Notes: generated by a model from the sequence alone, not told the origin. A stretch of 64,000 nucleotides of DNA from Dehalococcoidia bacterium (GCA_034421095.1 DAOUKR010000026.1:583-64582); one strand, 5' to 3'; shown: positions 43,744-52,581, counted from the first letter of the stretch. A program made the numbers and translations.

Positions 43744-44838
43744 CTACGGGGCTTCGGGGTACAGGATGGAGCGCAACTGCTCCATAGCCAAGACTACCCG
43801 GGGTCCCGGATACCTGAGGAATAGCCACTCCGACAACTCGTACACACGGCCCTCTTCTACCGCTCGAAGGCCACTCCACGCCGGACCGCTAAACAGCGAC
43901 GCAAAGTTCTCCTCTCGTGCTTCTGATGGACTTCCGTGTCGAACAACCAGGATTACGTCCGGGTCACTCTCCACAACCTTCTCCATGCTGAAGGGCGTGT
44001 ACTTGGGATTTTCGGCACCTGTCCTGCTACTAACGTATGGCGGGGACCCCTCGGTAATCAATTGCCCACCCAGCAGACCGATCATGTCACCGAGGTAGGA
44101 GTTGGGCATGAATCCCAAGAAGGACTGGCTGGTGCCGAAGATAGCAAACACCTTGGGGCCTAATTCGGGCAAACCTTCCTGGAGAGTTTCAATTCTCCCT
44201 ATCAGGTCCAGGGCTGCCACTTCCGCTTTCTCTTCGCAGCCTACCAGACTCCCGTAGTCCCTGATTTTCTGGATGATTCCATCAACACTAGCCACGTCAT
44301 GCACCAGGACAGGGACTCCGAGGGTCTTCTCAATGGAGGGTATGAACTGGCTGTAAGTCGGGGAGGAGATAATCAGGTCTGGCTGGGCTACGGCCAGCTG
44401 TTCCAGATTTGGCCCTGCGGAGTGGGACACACCAAAGGAGGGAATATCATGGGCCTCCAGCGGGTATATATATTCCGGGGGGATGTCGGGCCTGGCCACC
44501 GGCCTGTATCCGCAGGCCATAGTCAACTCCACCATGAATGCGCTTGTCACCGCCAGCCTCGCAGGACGATAGGGGATTTCCACCTCTCTGCCAAAGTCGT
44601 CTATGACGGTGACTGTGGACGGTGTAGGAGTTGGAGTCACTGTGGGGGTTGGTGCGGGGCTGGGGGTAGGCCTCAGTGTTGGCGTCGGTGCAAGTGTAGT
44701 AGTTGGACTGGGGGGAGCCGTGGCAGCAGGGACTGAGGTTGCCGTTGGACGCGTAGTTGGCGCATTCTCCCCGCAGGCGGTTAAAGCCAGGGTCGCCATT
44801 GCAGCCAGCGTAACCATGAAATACCGGACGAAATGCAT
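43744..44838 (-). CDS. periplasmic-binding-protein (cluster A/BtuF-HmuT type) lipoprotein with a Pro/Thr-rich linker
   Basis: The start was set to ATG 44838 (AAGGAGTG 6 nt upstream). Lipobox LALTAC, then the linker PTTRPTATSVPAATAPPSPTTTLAPTPTLRPTPSPAPTPTVTPTPTP, then a PBP fold (RPARLAVTSAFMVELTMACG...QPDLIISS). Confidence 0.88.
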   Translation of the reverse strand: MHFVRYFMVTLAAMATLALTACGENAPTTRPTATSVPAATAPPSPTTTLAPTPTLRPTPSPAPTPTVTPTPTPSTVTVIDDFGREVEIPYRPARLAVTSAFMVELTMACGYRPVARPDIPPEYIYPLEAHDIPSFGVSHSAGPNLEQLAVAQPDLIISSPTYSQFIPSIEKTLGVPVLVHDVASVDGIIQKIRDYGSLVGCEEKAEVAALDLIGRIETLQEGLPELGPKVFAIFGTSQSFLGFMPNSYLGDMIGLLGGQLITEGSPPYVSSRTGAENPKYTPFSMEKVVESDPDVILVVRHGSPSEAREENFASLFSGPAWSGLRAVEEGRVYELSEWLFLRYPGPRVVLAMEQLRSILYPEAP

Positions 44839-44963
44839 GTCGCTCACTCCTTAAATCACGTGTATGTGGGTATGTATATGACCGTCTAGTGCGAAGAAAA
44901 AATATTATTGCTAGTGCAGAGTTATGTTGGAAGTATAGACAAATGCTAATATGATAGTTAAGT

Positions 44964-44977
44964 AAATAATATTATTT
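44964..44977. promoter_or_regulatory. perfect 14-bp AT palindrome in the AT-rich control region of the ABC-transporter operon
   Basis: AAATAATATTATTT lies inside a ~150-nt AT-rich island (44870-45020) that contrasts sharply with the GC-rich surroundings. Nearby repeats are tgtcaata / ttgacatt. Confidence 0.3.
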
Positions 44978-45198
44978 AGTATATACAATGTCAATAGATA
45001 TGTGTATACTTTGACATTCCCCATAATCACCGCTATCAGAGCCGCAAGCCCCCGCTAATCAGACTCCAACCCTCCATTTCTTCATTCCAGCCCTTTTCGT
45101 CCCTATGGCTTCCTTCCGCCGTCGAGGAGAGGGGGCTGTTCGAAGGTCGGCTTACGCCAGATATTTCTGGAATCTGGCTGCCGTATCGGAGTAGGGGA

Positions 45199-45256
45199 GC
45201 GCAGCCCCCTGGCCGACGCAATGGTCGCAAGAAAGACGGAATCCCGGCAGAGGTGA
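45199..45256. repeat. right copy of the 58-bp direct repeat
   Basis: gcgcagccccctggccgacgcaatggtcgcaagaaagacggaatcccggcagaggtga keeps an in-frame TGA, like the left copy. Confidence 0.85.
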
Positions 45257-45451
45257 GGGCTGGGCATTCAGGCTTACCTGAAGGTTATTTGCAATTAAAT
45301 ACGACATATCATCGAATATCTCTTGACAATAAAGGATATTGACGGCACAATGGTCATTAGCCCCATATAGCGTGGGGAAGTCTTTGCTTTTAGGCCTGAA
45401 TTACAGGAAGGGCTATCCAGACCGGGATCAATTTGATTGGGAGGAGAGACC

Positions 45452-46738
45452 ATGCTGAAAACAGGACACTCGGTAACCAGACCGGGTAGGAGACTTGGCG
45501 ACAGGGCGGTGAACATTCCCGTCCCCGAAGAGTTGGAAACTGCTCCTGGAATTGTGCAAAACCCCCAGGAGGTGGACTTCTATAGCAGGGAGTACCCCCT
45601 GGAGAGCCAGGCGGTCGAATACACCGCAGACCGGGAGTGGGCATGGACCGTCTACACAACGGAGGACTGGGAAGACCGGCGAATCAACGACGCAATGTCC
45701 AGGCCTATTGTCCAGGCCGCCCACAACACCGGCGACATAGAGCCGACGGTGGAGCCGGAGTTCGGCAAGGATGTCACGGAGTTGATTAGGACCAAGGCCA
45801 GGGAAATGGGATTCGGCGAAGTCGGATTCACCAGGTACGACAGGCGCTACGTCTACAAGTTCAAGAGGGACTGGTCCAAGTTCCCCAACGCCATCTGCCT
45901 GGCCTACGAGCAGGACTTCGAGCCTACCCAGTCGGCGCCCAGCAGGGAAGCTGAGGGGCCTCACTACGCTATCTACAGAATCATGGGTGCGCTGGCGCTG
46001 GACTTGGCCGACTACATCCGCAGCCTGGGGTATCACGCCCAGGTGCACAACCCCCTCTCCAACAGCGCCGTGATGATACCCATGTTCGTCGAGGCAGGGC
46101 TGGGCCAGCTGGGAGCTAACGGCCAGCTGCTCTCACCTCACTTCGGCTCACGCGCCCGGCTCATGATGATCACCACCGACGCCGAAGTGACCTACGACCA
46201 GCCGGTGGACTACGGCATCCACGCCTTTTGCAACATCTGCCAGGTGTGCGTGAACCGATGTCCCGCTCGCGCCCTGATGAGGGACAAGGTCTGGTGGAGG
46301 GGCGCCGAGAAGCACAAGCTGATATACCGTCGCTGCCGCCCGGTGATGACCCGCTACGAAGGTTGCGCCGTCTGCATGAAGACGTGCCCGATACAGCGGT
46401 ATGGCATGGAGAACGTGATGAGCCACTATGCCTCGACCGGGCAGGTGCTGGGCAAGGGCACCCACCTGCTGGAGGGATACAACCTGCGTGACATGGGCTA
46501 TTTCGGCCCCGGAGAATTGCCCAGGTTCGCCAGCGATTTCTTCCACGTTCCCCACGGCAAGGCCGAGGATGTGCTCTTTGAGGACCTCAAAGACAAGATA
46601 AAGAACCAGGAGATTCCCGAGGGGCCCGAGGGTGACCAGATGCTGCGGGACTTTGTGAGTGAAGTTCACAAGTTCGTCGTCGTGAATCCTGCGGAGATGG
46701 TCAGCCTTCCCAGCGGGACCGAGGTGGAAGAAGCCTAA
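45452..46738 (+). CDS. double-[4Fe-4S] protein of the reductive-dehalogenase / epoxyqueuosine-reductase (RdhA/QueG) superfamily, without a Tat signal
   Basis: ATG 45452 follows GGGAGGAGAG. The Fe-S motifs are CNICQVCVNRCP and CAVCMKTCP. Upstream, LGYHAQVH...MIPMFVEAGLGQLGANGQLLSPHFGSRARL resembles the cobalamin-binding core of RdhA/QueG. It has a long acidic C-terminal extension. Confidence 0.7.
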   Translation: MLKTGHSVTRPGRRLGDRAVNIPVPEELETAPGIVQNPQEVDFYSREYPLESQAVEYTADREWAWTVYTTEDWEDRRINDAMSRPIVQAAHNTGDIEPTVEPEFGKDVTELIRTKAREMGFGEVGFTRYDRRYVYKFKRDWSKFPNAICLAYEQDFEPTQSAPSREAEGPHYAIYRIMGALALDLADYIRSLGYHAQVHNPLSNSAVMIPMFVEAGLGQLGANGQLLSPHFGSRARLMMITTDAEVTYDQPVDYGIHAFCNICQVCVNRCPARALMRDKVWWRGAEKHKLIYRRCRPVMTRYEGCAVCMKTCPIQRYGMENVMSHYASTGQVLGKGTHLLEGYNLRDMGYFGPGELPRFASDFFHVPHGKAEDVLFEDLKDKIKNQEIPEGPEGDQMLRDFVSEVHKFVVVNPAEMVSLPSGTEVEEA

Positions 46739-46777
46739 GCATCCCCGTCCCATATCAAATGGTGGTTAGCAAAAGGG

Positions 46778-46809
46778 CCGGCAGCCCCGTTTCAGAAGGG
46801 CTGTCGGCT
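46778..46809. terminator. stem-loop between convergent genes
   Basis: GCCGGCAGCCC-cgtttcagaa-GGGCTGTCGGC forms 11 bp with one mismatch. There is no strong U-tract. Confidence 0.4.
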
Positions 46810-46831
46810 CCAACTTTGTGAAACGCAGACG

Positions 46832-47191
46832 CTATTTGACCGGTTCGGTGCTTATGACGGCGCGGCGGTGGGTGCCTTCACCAATCTTCGTCTCCCCGTC
46901 GTAGGCAGTCACGCTAAAGGTGAGCCGGTTCCTTTCCGTCTCAATAAGCTCGGCGTGGGCGATTATCCTGGCTCCCAGGGATGCAGGGGCCATGTGACGC
47001 ACGTTTACCTCGTAGCCCACCGATGTCTGGCCGGGTTCCAGGAGGTGGTTGATGGCCTCCATGGACGCCTGCTCCATGAGCATAATCATGGACGGGGTAC
47101 TGAACTTGCCCACGTGAGGCGCTACATTGTCCTCACCTACAGTGGTCTCCTTCCGGCCTTTCAGCCCCGGAGCGATACTTTCACTGACCAT
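46832..47191 (-). CDS. hotdog-fold thioesterase-family protein
   Basis: 119 aa. ...VGEDNVAPHVGKFSTPSMIMLMEQASMEAINHLLEPGQTSVGYEVNVRHMAPASLGARI... shows the pattern of FlK/PaaI-like thioesterases. AAGGAGG lies upstream. Confidence 0.75.
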   Translation of the reverse strand: MVSESIAPGLKGRKETTVGEDNVAPHVGKFSTPSMIMLMEQASMEAINHLLEPGQTSVGYEVNVRHMAPASLGARIIAHAELIETERNRLTFSVTAYDGETKIGEGTHRRAVISTEPVK

Positions 47192-47384
47192 ACTGGCCTC
47201 CTTCAGCCCGGCCCCCGGGTTCGGGACGACATCGAAGACGGGCTGAGATGTTATACGCCAATTCTACTCCCATGCAGGCCCCACTTCCACCACCTTGTTA
47301 GATCCCCTGGGGTCTTGGCTGTATCGGAAAACCCTTGAAGGGCAGGGGTGTTTTGATATATGATGCTGGCCGGAAGGTGGTAAT

Positions 47385-48305
47385 ATGCGCGGTTGGGACT
47401 TGCTTTCTATCTTGGATCTGGACCCTCAGCACATGCAGAGCATCGTCCACAGGGCACAGCAGATGAGCGGAGAGCCGACATGGCCGGTGTTGGTGGGCAA
47501 GAATGTAGCTCTTCTTTTCGAGAAACCCTCCCTCCGTACCAAGGCCAGCTTCCACGTGGCCGTGCAGCAGCTTGGAGGATACTCCTTCTACATGGGCCCC
47601 GGGGAGGTGGATTTGGGAGCGCGAGAGGCCGTCTCCGACGTGGCCCGCGTCCTGTCCAGGTACGTGGACTGCATAGTTGCCAGGGTAAACTCCCATTCCA
47701 CCCTGAAAGAGCTTTCGGAATATTCCTCTGTGCCCGTTATAAACGCCCTCTCCGACTGGGAACACCCTTGTCAGACCATCGCAGACCTCCAGACCATACA
47801 CGAGCGCAAGGGCACCCTGGAAGGCCTCAAAATCACCTATATAGGGGATGGAAACAACGTAGCCCGGAGTCTGTGCCTTGGGGTAGCCTCCGTCGGCGCA
47901 AACTTCACCATCGCCTCGCCGCCGGGCTACTGCCTGGACGAGGGTACCCTTGAGCAAGCGCGACACCGGGCATCGGCATGGAACACCGACGTAACGACCC
48001 TCGTGGACCCCCGTGAGGCTCTATCGAATGCCGACGTCGTTTACACGGATGTGTGGACCAGCATGGGACAGGAGGCTGAAGCCGAGGCGCGCCGCCGGGA
48101 TTTCCAGGGCTATACCGTGGACCCCGAACTCCTATCTTGCGCCCGGTGGGATGCCATATTCATGCACGACATGCCAGCCCACTACGGCGAGGAGGTAGCG
48201 CCCGGTATGCTCGACCATCCCCAGTCCGTTGCCTTTGACCAGGCCGAGAACCGCCTCCATGCGCAGAAAGCCCTGCTGGAGTATATAATAATCAGAGATG
48301 GATGA
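47385..48305 (+). CDS. argF: ornithine carbamoyltransferase
   Basis: 306 aa. Contains FEKPSLRTKASF (carbamoyl-phosphate site), HPCQ, DVWTSMG and HDMPAHYGEEV. Confidence 0.9.
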   Translation: MRGWDLLSILDLDPQHMQSIVHRAQQMSGEPTWPVLVGKNVALLFEKPSLRTKASFHVAVQQLGGYSFYMGPGEVDLGAREAVSDVARVLSRYVDCIVARVNSHSTLKELSEYSSVPVINALSDWEHPCQTIADLQTIHERKGTLEGLKITYIGDGNNVARSLCLGVASVGANFTIASPPGYCLDEGTLEQARHRASAWNTDVTTLVDPREALSNADVVYTDVWTSMGQEAEAEARRRDFQGYTVDPELLSCARWDAIFMHDMPAHYGEEVAPGMLDHPQSVAFDQAENRLHAQKALLEYIIIRDG

Positions 48306-48353
48306 CTCATAATCTGAAGAATTATGAGGGCTGCGCGAGGTAATGGTTAGGAC

Positions 48354-49676
48354 ATGACAGTTCCACTTGTAGCTATAGTTGGGCGGCCCAACGTGGGCAA
48401 GTCCACCTTGTTTAATCGCCTCATGGAACGCAGGGATGCTATCGTCAGCGACGTGCCCGGCACCACCAGGGATCGCCTTCTGGGGGACGCGTCATGGGAT
48501 GGCCGCCGGTTCACCATCGTGGACACAGGCGGCCTGGAGCCTTCACCCCAGGACCCTCTCATAGAGAAGGTGAAGGCACAGGTGGAGGCGGCGGTCTCCG
48601 AAGCCGACCTGATCATCTTCCTCCTCGACGTAGCCCACGGCTTGACCCCCATGGACACGGAAATCGCCAACTGGCTCCGGCGCATACGGAAGCCCCTGGT
48701 GGTGGCAATAAACAAGGTGGACAACGAGAAGCGAGAGATTGCCGCATCGGAGTTTTATCAGATGGGGCTGGAAGACCTCTTGTACATTAGCGCCTATCAC
48801 AACCTTGGCATTTACGACCTCATGGACAAGGTTGTGTCCCTCTTGCCTGCTCCGGACGACGAAGAAGATGAAGCAGCCGAAGGGGTCATAAGGCTGGCCA
48901 TCATCGGCAGGACCAACGTGGGCAAATCAATGCTTATGAACGCCATCCTCGGCCAGGACAGGGCCATTGTGAGCGACATTCCGGGCACTACCAGGGATGC
49001 CCTGGACACCTATTTCACCTACGACGACCAGCCCGCGGTGCTGGTGGATACGGCGGGAATCCGGCGACCGGGCAAGGTGGAGAGGGGTATTGAGTATTAC
49101 AGCGTCCTCAGGACCGTAAGGGCCGTGCAGAGATGCGACATAGCCCTGCTGGTGATGGACGGCAGCGAGCTCGCCACCGCTCAAGATGCCCACATATCCG
49201 GAAATGCGTGGGACGAATACAGGGGCATGATTGTGGTGGTGAACAAGTGGGACCTGGTCCCCAAGGAGGGTGAGGCGGAGCAAGAGCTGGCTATCCAGGC
49301 CGTAAGGGAACGGCTCCATTTCATGCCGTACGCACCTATATGCTTCACCTCGGCCCTTCTGGGAGAGGGCATTGACGAGTTGATGGCCCTGGCCACAAGC
49401 ATTTACCAGGAGAGGTTGAAGCACATAGCGCCGGGACGGCTGCGCTATGCCCTCCTGGATGCTTTGGCGGACCAGATGCCCCCCTCCAGAAAGGGGCGGC
49501 GACTGAGGATTAAAGAGGTGAGACAGGTTGACGTGAACCCGCCTACCTTCGTCTTTGCGGTCAATGACCCGAGGCTGGTCCATTTCTCCTACGAGCGCTA
49601 TCTGGAGAACCGCTTCAGGTCAACCTTCGGGTTCACTCACACCCATCTGAGGCTGGTGTTCAGGGAAAGGATATAG
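48354..49676 (+). CDS. der: ribosome-biogenesis GTPase Der (EngA)
   Basis: 440 aa with two tandem GTPase domains (GRPNVGKSTLFN / DTGG / NKVD, then GRTNVGKSMLMN / DTAG / NKWD) and a KH-like C-terminus. Confidence 0.95.
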   Translation: MTVPLVAIVGRPNVGKSTLFNRLMERRDAIVSDVPGTTRDRLLGDASWDGRRFTIVDTGGLEPSPQDPLIEKVKAQVEAAVSEADLIIFLLDVAHGLTPMDTEIANWLRRIRKPLVVAINKVDNEKREIAASEFYQMGLEDLLYISAYHNLGIYDLMDKVVSLLPAPDDEEDEAAEGVIRLAIIGRTNVGKSMLMNAILGQDRAIVSDIPGTTRDALDTYFTYDDQPAVLVDTAGIRRPGKVERGIEYYSVLRTVRAVQRCDIALLVMDGSELATAQDAHISGNAWDEYRGMIVVVNKWDLVPKEGEAEQELAIQAVRERLHFMPYAPICFTSALLGEGIDELMALATSIYQERLKHIAPGRLRYALLDALADQMPPSRKGRRLRIKEVRQVDVNPPTFVFAVNDPRLVHFSYERYLENRFRSTFGFTHTHLRLVFRERI

Positions 49677-49680
49677 CCGG

Positions 49681-50418
49681 ATGACCAAGGTTCTGCTGGG
49701 ACTCCTTCTGCCGCCACTGTTCGCCGTATATGTACTTGTAGTGATTTTTGCGCTGGACACGGACAAGACCTACACCCAATACCTTCTTATCGTTCCGGCG
49801 TCCTACTTGCTGGGGTCCATACCCTGGGGATTCCTCATAACACTGGCGGTAAAAGGCGTGGACATACGGCAATACGGAAGCGGAATGACCGGGACATCCA
49901 ACGTACTGAGGACTACGGGAGGCCCTTTTGCGGTGCTGGCGCTGGCCCTTGACGTGAGTAAGGGACTGCTGGCGGTGTTCCTGGCCAGAATCGTTGCCGA
50001 CACGCCCACTGCCGAGGTGGTCGCCGGCCTTATGGCCCTGGCGGGACACAACTGGTCCGTTTTCCTGGGATTCGGTGGGGGTAGGGGCATAGCCACCGGA
50101 GTGGCCGGGCTTTTTGTCATGGAACCCATAGCTGCCGGCATAGCCATAGGTGTCTTCACGCCGGTAACCCTATTGAGCAAATACCTTTCCCTTGGATCTA
50201 TAATATCGGTGCTTGCCGCCTTTCTCGCCCTCCTGGCAATAGCATTGCTAGACCACGCCCCCATGACGTACCTTTTCTATACTGGAATCGGCGGCGCCAT
50301 CATAATTGTGCAGCACAGGGACAACATCCGACGCCTCATCCAAGGAACGGAGCGCAAGCTTGGACAACGTGCCGACCAGATTGGTGAAGCCCCCAGTCCT
50401 GGTGCGGGCGGAGGGTAG
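49681..50418 (+). CDS. plsY: glycerol-3-phosphate acyltransferase PlsY
   Basis: 245 aa and polytopic. Contains GSIPWGF, GSGMTGTSNVLRT, and HNWSVFLGFGGGRGIATG. Confidence 0.88.
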   Translation: MTKVLLGLLLPPLFAVYVLVVIFALDTDKTYTQYLLIVPASYLLGSIPWGFLITLAVKGVDIRQYGSGMTGTSNVLRTTGGPFAVLALALDVSKGLLAVFLARIVADTPTAEVVAGLMALAGHNWSVFLGFGGGRGIATGVAGLFVMEPIAAGIAIGVFTPVTLLSKYLSLGSIISVLAAFLALLAIALLDHAPMTYLFYTGIGGAIIIVQHRDNIRRLIQGTERKLGQRADQIGEAPSPGAGGG

Positions 50419-50423
50419 CCGGG

Positions 50424-51437
50424 TTGGAGAAAGTCGCCGTAATAGGGACCACTACCTGGGGAACCACCCTTGGCATAATCATTGCGCGTAAAAACATCCC
50501 GGTGGCGATGCTGGCTCGCACGCCCCGGGAATCGGGAGAGCTTGAGTCACAAAGGCAGAACTCTCGATTCCTGCCCGGTGTGGAGTTCCCGGAGTCCTTG
50601 AGGGTTTCCCACGACCCGGAAGAGGCCCTGTACGGGGCCGGAATGGTTATACTCGCAGTGCCTTCCGGGAGCTTTCGGGATAACGTGAGGCGCATCCGGG
50701 GGGCCATAGATAGCACGACCATCGTCCTTAGCGCCTCCAAGGGCCTGGAGATGGAAACGGGAAAACGGATGAGCCAGGTCCTGGCGGAGGAGCTTCCATC
50801 CGGGGACAGTTCGAGGATTTGCGTCCTGTCCGGCCCGAACCTGGCTATGGAGGTAGCCGAGGGGAAGCCGGCCTCCACCGTGGTGGCGTCACGGCAGCCC
50901 GGCGTCGCCGTGGAGTCCCGGAAAGTGCTGATGTCCCCCTCTTTCCGCGTGTACACCAACGAAGACATCATAGGCGTGGAACTGGGCGGGGCCTTGAAGA
51001 ATGTTATCACCCTGGGCGCGGGGATATGCGACGGTCTGGGGTACGGGGACAATGGCAAGGCGGCTTTCATAACCCGTGGCCTGGCGGAGATAACCCGTCT
51101 TGGGGTTGCCGCCGGTGCCAGTCCCATTACCTTTGCGGGTCTGGCGGGTCTGGGAGACCTTGTGGCAACGTGTGCCAGCTCGCTGAGCCGCAACAATTTT
51201 GTGGGCCAGCAATTGGCCGACGGCAAATCTCTGGAGGATATACTATCCTCCATGAATAACGTGGTAGAGGGAGTGTACACCACGGTGGCCGCTCTCAAGA
51301 TGGCCGAGAGACTCGGCGTGGAGGTCCCCATTGCCAGGGCCACTCACCAGGTGCTATTTGAAGGGCTGGAACCCAGACAGGCGGTAGCAGAGCTTATGGG
51401 AAGGCCGCCCAGGGCTGAATGGGAAGGCATCAGCTAG
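50424..51437 (+). CDS. gpsA: NAD(P)H-dependent glycerol-3-phosphate dehydrogenase
   Basis: 337 aa with a TTG start. Contains VAVIGTTTWGTTLG, LSGPNLAMEVA, GALKNVITLGAGICDGLGYGDN and VEGVYT. Confidence 0.92.
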   Translation: MEKVAVIGTTTWGTTLGIIIARKNIPVAMLARTPRESGELESQRQNSRFLPGVEFPESLRVSHDPEEALYGAGMVILAVPSGSFRDNVRRIRGAIDSTTIVLSASKGLEMETGKRMSQVLAEELPSGDSSRICVLSGPNLAMEVAEGKPASTVVASRQPGVAVESRKVLMSPSFRVYTNEDIIGVELGGALKNVITLGAGICDGLGYGDNGKAAFITRGLAEITRLGVAAGASPITFAGLAGLGDLVATCASSLSRNNFVGQQLADGKSLEDILSSMNNVVEGVYTTVAALKMAERLGVEVPIARATHQVLFEGLEPRQAVAELMGRPPRAEWEGIS

Positions 51438-51449
51438 GGGGGACATAAT

Positions 51450-51765
51450 CCTCCTCACCCCTTCGGCAAGCTCAGGGCAAGCTCTAGCCCTCCCCAGCCA
51501 AACGCTTGATTCACGAATCGTCCCTACCTCCCTCGGGTCATTCTGGCGCAGGCCAGAATCCAGGGGTGAGGTGAAATCCGGCTCAAAGCCTGCCCCGTAC
51601 TCGATACGGAGCTGGAATGGCAGGTATCGGGGTTCGCCTCCAGCGGATAGCTGCCCTGCCCCAGCCATTAGTGTCAACAGTCCCTAAAATAGATTGCTGT
51701 TCGGGCCGTTTTTTGCAGGAGATCTTTAGATTCCTCGCTGCGCTCGGAATGACACGGACCCGAAA
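51450..51765. repeat. intergenic palindromic repeat cluster
   Basis: Contains ggtcattctggcgcaggccagaatccagg, aatccggctcaaagcc and ctttagattcctcgctgcgctcggaatgac, plus ccttcggcaagctcagggcaagc. Confidence 0.75.
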
Positions 51766-51837
51766 TGTAAACTGAGTCGAGCTAAGGACGGTGGACGAGG
51801 GACTAATGTGCATCAACCGTGGCGGGGAAGAGGAGGT

Positions 51838-52581
51838 TTAGCCTCCAAGCTCCCCTGACTCATACAGCACCGCGGCCAGTGTTGCTATGGCGGCCGTCTC
51901 CGACCTCAGGATTCGCCGTCCCAGGCTCACGGAAAGTATCCCGCAGGAGCGAGCATATTCTACCTCCCGCTCCTCAAACCCGCCCTCCGGGCCGATGAAA
52001 ATGTTGACCCGTTGGGACTCCACACCATGTAGTGCCGAGCGCAGGTCCGTGGCTTCTTCCAGCTCCCAGGGGATTAGGGAGACACTTGACGAATCTCTTA
52101 CGGAGTTGCAGGCGTCTTCGAATGATGTTAGCGCCTCTACCTGGGGCAGCAAACACCTACCCGACTGCTCTGCTGCCTCGGCAACGATTTTGTCCCATCG
52201 GGGGTGACGGGTGCCCTGCCGGACGTGCAGTTCTTGAAGTATGGACCTCCGGCAGATAAGTGGTACAATGGTGGTCACGCCAATCTCGGTGCCCTTCTGA
52301 AGCACCCACTCGAAGCCCTTCCCCTTGAGCATCCCCTGGTAAAGGGTTACGTGTATCGAAGGTTCGCCCCGACCGTTGGCAACCGACAGAACATCCCCTT
52401 CCACCGTGTCCCTGTTCAATTTGGTGAGAGATACCCTGTATTCGTAGCCGGAGTTGTCCAGCAGTATTATCTCGTCCCCGGGAGACATGCGGAGGACGCG
52501 CACCACCTGTTGGGCTACGTCGCCTTCCAGCCGGGCAGTTTCCCCGGTTATCCAGTCGGGCGGTACAAAGAACCTGTGCAT
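51838..52581 (-). CDS. rsmE: 16S rRNA (uracil1498-N3)-methyltransferase
   Basis: MHRFFVPPDWI...HQVVRVLRMSPGDEI...FIGPEGGFEEREVEYA...LGRRILRSETAAIA. ATG 52581 overlaps the prmA stop (GTGATG). Confidence 0.88.
   Translation of the reverse strand: MHRFFVPPDWITGETARLEGDVAQQVVRVLRMSPGDEIILLDNSGYEYRVSLTKLNRDTVEGDVLSVANGRGEPSIHVTLYQGMLKGKGFEWVLQKGTEIGVTTIVPLICRRSILQELHVRQGTRHPRWDKIVAEAAEQSGRCLLPQVEALTSFEDACNSVRDSSSVSLIPWELEEATDLRSALHGVESQRVNIFIGPEGGFEEREVEYARSCGILSVSLGRRILRSETAAIATLAAVLYESGELGG

Noticed and set aside
45036-45436. A cobalamin riboswitch (or another leader RNA) between the ABC-transporter operon and the RdhA/QueG-like gene, including the 64-aa ORF 45036..45230.
   Set aside because: I could not find a B12-box-like GCCACTG or the AGGGAA...GGTG.AA.TCC core on either strand by eye. 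Part of the region is the duplicated 3' end of the TPP gene. The 64-aa ORF has an implausible composition. A covariance-model scan would be needed to settle this.
50336-51343. A 335-aa minus-strand ORF.
   Set aside because: It is antisense to gpsA (50424..51437), which has unmistakable family motifs. Its composition is Ser/Pro/Arg/Thr-biased.
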